27,266 nucleotides of DNA, taken from Octopus sinensis (taxonomy: Eukaryota). The notes beneath the pieces were generated by a model that saw only the letters and a program-made list of their open reading frames with translations, had not been told where the DNA came from and made no database searches. The stretch spans positions 1-27,266 of the forward strand of contig NW_021833384.1 of the NCBI RefSeq assembly GCF_006345805.1, written 5' to 3'. Shown here one piece after another: positions 21,856-27,266 of this stretch; the stretch's first letter is position 1; every line of letters begins with the position of its first letter. The position numbers were made by a program, and so were the translations under genes.

Positions 21856-22279
21856 CATATTTCAAATAAATAAATAAATAAATAAATAAAATGAATAAAT
21901 AAAAAAATAAATAAATAAACGAGGCGTGGTAGGGGGGAAAAACTCTAAAAACAGAATTGGAATTAATTCGCAGAACGTTAGTTTTTAGAAAATGATAATT
22001 TCATGTCCGGTGAAAAGAATAATATTCTGTGTAACTTTATTAACGCGGATATACAGTAGAAAGACAGGAAACTGCAGGATTCGTCTCGAGAAAGTATTTC
22101 GTATAGACGTGTACTGTTGGTAGAGTACAAAGTCATAGCAGAAGCGGGCGAAAAGTGTCTAGTAGGGGCGGTGGAATTGCTAAACCCAGGTTTCTGCTTG
22201 TTTGGATTTAGCACGTCCACTTCCTTTGCTGGATGCTTTACGTCTGATAATGAAACACGTCTATGCTTTTTAGCAAACA

Positions 22280-22667
22280 CTAGCAGTATCGCCCGGCGTT
22301 GCTCAGGTTTGTAAGTGAAATAACTATAAAGCATTTTTAGAGAGTTATAGTAAAAAAAATAGCAAAAAAATGGAAAAAAAAATGATGGTAAATTTTTTTT
22401 TGAGAGTTAAAAAAGGTCGAGTTGCGTCCCCTAGACAGTCTGTGGTTTGTGTTTCTGATTCTCGATCCCATGTCGAATTTATCGATTTTTTTCAGAACTG
22501 GGGGAACTTTTCAAAATTTTCGATGCGTTAGTTCTGAATTATGACATTGGGCTATGTGTGTGTCAAGTTTCATCAGAATCGGTTGAAAGCCGTGGTCAGG
22601 GTGAGGGTACAACCAAACAGACACACAGAAACACACACAGACAAACTGCCGTTTATATAGAGAGAGA
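22280..22667 (-). mobile_element. Non-autonomous Helitron (H6)
   Basis: On the minus strand: A|TCTCTCTCTATATAAACGGCA ... CCTGAGCAACGCCGGGCGATACTGCTAG|T. Confidence 0.88.
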
Positions 22668-22675
22668 TATATATA

Positions 22676-23140
22676 TGACCTTGGGCAAGTGTCTTCTGCT
22701 ATAGCCTCGGGCCGACCAAAGCTTTGTGAGTGAATTTGGTAGACGGAAACTGAAAGAAGCCCGTCGTATATATGTAATATATATATATATATATATATAT
22801 ATGTGCTCGCTTAGCCAGCGGGGTGGCGTCATTTGAAGGCTAAAACAATGCGAAGCGCATTGTGACCAGCGATATGTAGCAACATCTGATAGCCTGGTCG
22901 GTCACGGTGATCACGGTGATATATATATATGTATGCATGTATGTGTGTATATGTTTGTGTCTGTGTTTGTCCCCCCAGCATCGCTTGACAACCGATGCTG
23001 GTGTGTTTACGTCACCGTAACTTAGCGGTTTGGCAAAAGAGACCGGTAGAATAAGTACTAGGCTTACAAAGAATAAGTCCTGGGGTCGATTTGCTCGACT
23101 AAAGGCGGTGCTCCAATGACTGAAACAATAAAAGAGTAAA
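22676..23140 (+). mobile_element. 5'-truncated SINE (family of 5500-6021) with an insertion in its TA tract
   Basis: Body CCTTGGGCAAGTGTC...GAAGCCCGTCG and tail are colinear with 21268-21855, interrupted at ~22803-22920. Confidence 0.85.
22803..22920 (+). mobile_element. Short inserted fragment ending in (CACGGTGAT)2; probable 3' end of another retroposon
   Basis: Absent from the other copies of the host SINE, flanked by TA runs, with a short tandem tail. Confidence 0.6.
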
Positions 23141-23160
23141 AATATATATATATTCAAAAG

Positions 23161-23427
23161 CATGTGTGTGTGTGTTTGTGTGTCCCCCAACAACGCTTGG
23201 CAGCCGATGCTGGTGTGTTTACGTTCCTGTAACTTAGCGGTTTGGTAAAAGATACCGATAGAATAAGTACTAGTCTTACCAAGAATAAGTCGTGGCTTTA
23301 AAAGAAAAAAAAGAGAAAAAAACAACAAAAAGAAGTACTAGAGTCGATCCGTTCGACTGAAACTCTTGTAAGCGATGCTCCAGCATGTCCGTCGTCTAAT
23401 GGCGGAAACAAGTAAAAGATAAAAGAT
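23161..23427 (+). mobile_element. Older diverged SINE 3' half
   Basis: GATGCTGGTGTGTTTACG...GATAGAATAAGTAC...GCTCCAGCATG...GAAACAAGTAAAAGATAAAAGA. Confidence 0.8.
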
Positions 23428-24171
23428 CGCAGACAGTACTGCATGCAAAAAACCATACTGCTTTACAGACTTGCGTTTGTTTAATGTGGAAAAACCCAAT
23501 TACAGTATCACGACAAGAAACAGTAGTCGTTATGGCGAAAGACATTGATCGTCTGCTTTTTATTCAGTTAATTTTGCGTTCCGTTTGAATAAGAGGAACA
23601 GATTCAACGTGATGTCCACTGCGTGTCTTGATCATATATGTATCAACACCAAAGTATTTTTTTGATATATATCTTTTCTTATGATCCTTTCTGATAGTTT
23701 TTCTCTTACAAACGTAAGAGAAAAATATCTGAGTGATTTTTCACATTCGCCGAGGCATTTCTGATTAAAACATCAAATGCATGAAAAAATAATCTGATAA
23801 AAGAAAAAAAATTGGAAGAAAAGAAAAGAAAATTGGAAGAAAAGGAAACTGCAAGAAAAGAAAGAAAAAATAAGATGTATAAAAGAGTAAATTATGGAGA
23901 GAGAAGGAAAAAAAGACCTCGAAAATTACATCAATAAGAAAAAAAATATGGTTTCATATTTTATGCTAGTATACTGTGAAAATAATGTGATTTACATGTA
24001 CAGAATTATAAATTTTCTTTCTCGAATATGGTGATATATATAGAAATATCTTTGAAACTATCGTGCTACAGAAAAAATGGAAACAAATGAAAGAAGAATC
24101 AAATAAAAAGGAAACAAAAGACCTTCTGATCCATATCAAAGCACCTTTGAACGAAATTCTTTGTTGTGCGT

Positions 24172-24172
24172 T

Positions 24173-24232
<60 letters not shown>

Positions 24233-24331
24233 CTATCTATCTATCTATCTGTCTATCTATCTATTTATCTATATATTTATCTGTCTGTCTATCTATCTAT
24301 CTATCTATCTATCTATATATATATATATATA

Positions 24332-24395
<64 letters not shown>

Positions 24396-24648
24396 AATCT
24401 ATCAATCTGTCTGTCTGTATCTATCTGTCCCTTTATCTTTTAATTGTCTGTCAATTTATCTGTCTGCCTGTCTGTCTGTCTGTTTCTCTATCTCTCTATC
24501 TCTCTATCTATCTATCCCCCTCTCTCTGTCTATCTCTCTTTCCCCCCTCTCTCTCTATCTATTTCTCTATCTGCGCATCTGCCTGCTTGTCCATCTGTCA
24601 TTCTGTCTGTCTGTCTGTCTCTCTATCTTTTAGTTGTCTATCTGTCAG

Positions 24649-24708
<60 letters not shown>

Positions 24709-24710
24709 CC

Positions 24711-24743
<33 letters not shown>

Positions 24744-24745
24744 GG
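24172..24745. repeat. (CTAT)n/(CTGT)n compound microsatellite
   Basis: Seen directly. Confidence 0.96.
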
Positions 24746-25104
24746 CAGTCTCTCTGCTTATCCGTCTGTGTTCCTTTTCAACTATCCGTTTACCTATCTC
24801 TCTGTCTCTCTTTTTCTTCCACCACACAACTACCTCTAGTTACAGAGCCAATACACTCCATGCATTAAGCATACTAACAGTTGCACAACTCATCAAGACT
24901 TGCTGCCCTTTATCTGTTATATTCTGCCTGTATCAGTCATTAGACTAGAGCCATAAAAAATGTTTAGACCACTGAATCGACCACAGAACTTAACTGTTTT
25001 GTTTTAAGACTGTACTTATCCTATCTGTTTCGTGCGCACGTACACGCGAGTATGTGTCCAAATCTCTGACCAGTCACATACAGCTAGCTGGCATTCAATT
25101 GCCG

Positions 25105-25314
25105 TATCAAGTTTCGGGCATTTTGATTGGATTTTGGATAGAAAATTCACAAAAAAGTCACTTCTATTGATTTTTTTTAATGGCTTTGCAGGGTGACTGT
25201 GGAAATGTAAAGATGTGCACGACCACCCTTGGACGGTTTTGAATGACCATAGAAAGTGCGAGCCCTCTAAGAGAAAAATTGTGGATTTGTATAAAGGACA
25301 CACTGACATTTTGC
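25105..25314 (-). mobile_element. Fragment of the H5 Helitron-like family
   Basis: The reverse complement aligns with ~19713-19925 (GCAAAATGTC...AGAGGGCTCGCACTTTCTATGGTCATTCAAAACC...CAAAATGCCCG). May extend further left. Confidence 0.8.
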
Positions 25315-26097
25315 ACAAGGGGCTAAACAAAGAGAGGACAAACAAGGACAGACAAACGGATTAAGTCGATTATATTGACCCTAGTGCGTAACTGGTACTT
25401 ATTTAATCGACCCTGAAAAGATGAAAGGCAAAGTCGACCTCGGCGAAATTTGAACTCAGAACATAGCGGCAGACGAAATACCTGTTTTTTTACTACCCAA
25501 CAAGGGGCTAAACACAGAGAAGACAAACAAGGACAGACAAACGGATTAAGTCGATTATATTGATCCCAGTGCGTAACTGGTACTTATTTAATCGACCTTG
25601 AAAGGATGAAAGGCATTTTTAACCTCGGCGGAATTTAAACTCAGAACGTAACGGCAGACGAAATACCTGTTTCTTTACTACCCACAAGGAGCTAAACGAA
25701 ATACCTATTTCTTTACTACCCGCAAGGAGCTAAACACAGAGATGACAAACAAGGACAGGCAAACGGATTAAGTCGATTATATTGACCCTAGTGCGTAACT
25801 GGTACTTATTTAATCGACCCTGAAAGGATGAAAGGCAAAATCGACCTCGGCGGAATTTGAACTCAGAACGTAACGGCAGACGAAATACCTGTTTCTTTAC
25901 TACCCACAAGGGGCTAAACACAGAGAGGACAAACAAGGACAGACAAACGGATTAAGTCGATTATATTGACCCTAGTGCGTAACTGGTACTTATTTAATCG
26001 ACCCCGAAAGGATGAAAGGCAAAGTCGACCTCGGCGGAATTTAAACTCAGAACGTAACAGCAGATGAAAACACTGCTAAGCATTTCGCTCGGCGAGC
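25314..26097 (-). mobile_element. Tandem array of four ~184-bp SINE-derived units
   Basis: CAAGG(G/A)GCTAAAC at 25316, 25501, 25685/25723, 25907. Each unit has a B-box-like GAGTT(C/T)AAATT(C/T)C on the minus strand; only the rightmost retains further head sequence. Confidence 0.88.
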
Positions 26098-26731
26098 CGA
26101 AATCTGCGATGAGGGATCAGTTTCTGACTGAAGAATGAAGGCTTTGAATGACCCGTTTGTCTTTTTGTTCGTCCCTTCGTGTATTTCACGTTATCTATTT
26201 ATATAAAGGTCTATAATATATGCGTGTATACTTGCGTGCTTGATTGTCTATATATGCGCTTGTGTGTTTGCCTCTGTGTGCGTAAGCGTACGTATAAAGA
26301 ATGGTAAAATAAATAAACATAGAAAGCAAAACACACACACACACAAAAAAAACAAAAAACAAGAGAGTCAAGGTTGTTACAGATATATAAAAAAAAAATA
26401 ACATGGAAGGAGTCAACGGAACTCTCGAACGACAGAACGAGTTTACAAGACACACGTATCAAAAGACATTTGAAGACTCCGTTTTTTTTCTATCTTCCCC
26501 TTCTTGGCCTTGTTTAGGGGGGAGAGAGGGGGGGGAAACGGGGGGGGAAACAGAGGAATGGTGGTGGGGGTGGGTAGGGCGGTGTACTTGTGAATTAAAT
26601 CTTAACAGCTCGGCTTTTATTATTAGCCTTAGTGATCTCTGGTGGGATATTTATATTGGGTATCGGAGGACATGAACGGGGAAAGGGACAGCTAGGGACA
26701 ACCAGTAGGTGGCGCTGGAGTAAGTGTTTCA

Positions 26732-26855
26732 GTGTGTGTGTGTATATGTGAGAGAGAGAGAGAGAAAGACACAGAGAGAGGGGGAGAAGGGGGAGTTAAT
26801 TAAATGAAATGGATGTGGAGGTGGGGAAAATGGAGGTGTGTGTGTGTGTGTGTAT

Positions 26856-26888
<33 letters not shown>

Positions 26889-26947
26889 GGGGAGAAGAGG
26901 GGGGGAGTTAATTAAATGAAATGGATGTGGAGGTGGGGAAAGTGGAG
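26732..26947. repeat. Tandem duplication of a ~105-110-bp (GT)n(GA)n-containing unit
   Basis: GAGTTAATTAAATGAAATGGATGTGGAGGTGGGGAAA occurs twice. Confidence 0.9.
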
Positions 26948-27049
26948 GTGGGAAGTGAGGTTGAGGGTAAATTAGGTAACGGTCGTGGGGCTGGTAGTGG
27001 TGGGTGGTGGGGAGAGGGATGGTGATTGGATGGAGGTGATGTCAGAGTT

Positions 27050-27266
27050 TGTGTTGTTGTTGTTGGTGGCGACGGTGGTGGTGTAGGCGGAGATGGTGGT
27101 GGTGTTGTTTGTTGTTGGTGGCGACGGTGGTGGTGGCGGTGGTGGTGGCGTTGTTTGTTGTTGATGGCGACGGTGGTGGTTGGGTGTGGTGGTGGTTGTG
27201 GTGGTGGTGTGGTGGTGGTGGTGGTGGTGGTGGTTATGGTGGTGGTGGTGGTGGTGGTGGGGTGAT
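27050..27266. repeat. Degenerate (GGT)n repeat running off the window
   Basis: Seen directly. Confidence 0.93.

Overview
Repeat-saturated, non-genic eukaryotic DNA with no host protein-coding gene, RNA gene or CRISPR array that I can support. The SINE families resemble those of octopus/coleoid cephalopods; this is recognition from memory, not verified by a search. Roughly half the window is simple or low-complexity repeat ((TA)n, (CT)n, (TATG)n, (TTA)n, (GAT)n, (GGA)n, (GGT)n, (CTAT)n, minisatellites), and almost all listed ORFs are translation artefacts of these. Real coding remnants are all transposon-derived: C-terminal CCHC/restriction-like-endonuclease fragments of R4/Dong-type non-LTR retrotransposons stacked in (TAA)n arrays (6764-9158), a PIF1-type helicase fragment inside a Helitron (18697-19547) and a decayed Tc1 transposase (~16855-17240). 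Also present are a set of mosaic non-autonomous Helitrons and several tRNA-derived SINEs (nested, head-duplicated, tandemly arrayed). The most striking signal is a perfect 74-bp-arm palindrome (2241-2403) whose arms encode a type I hammerhead ribozyme motif on each strand.
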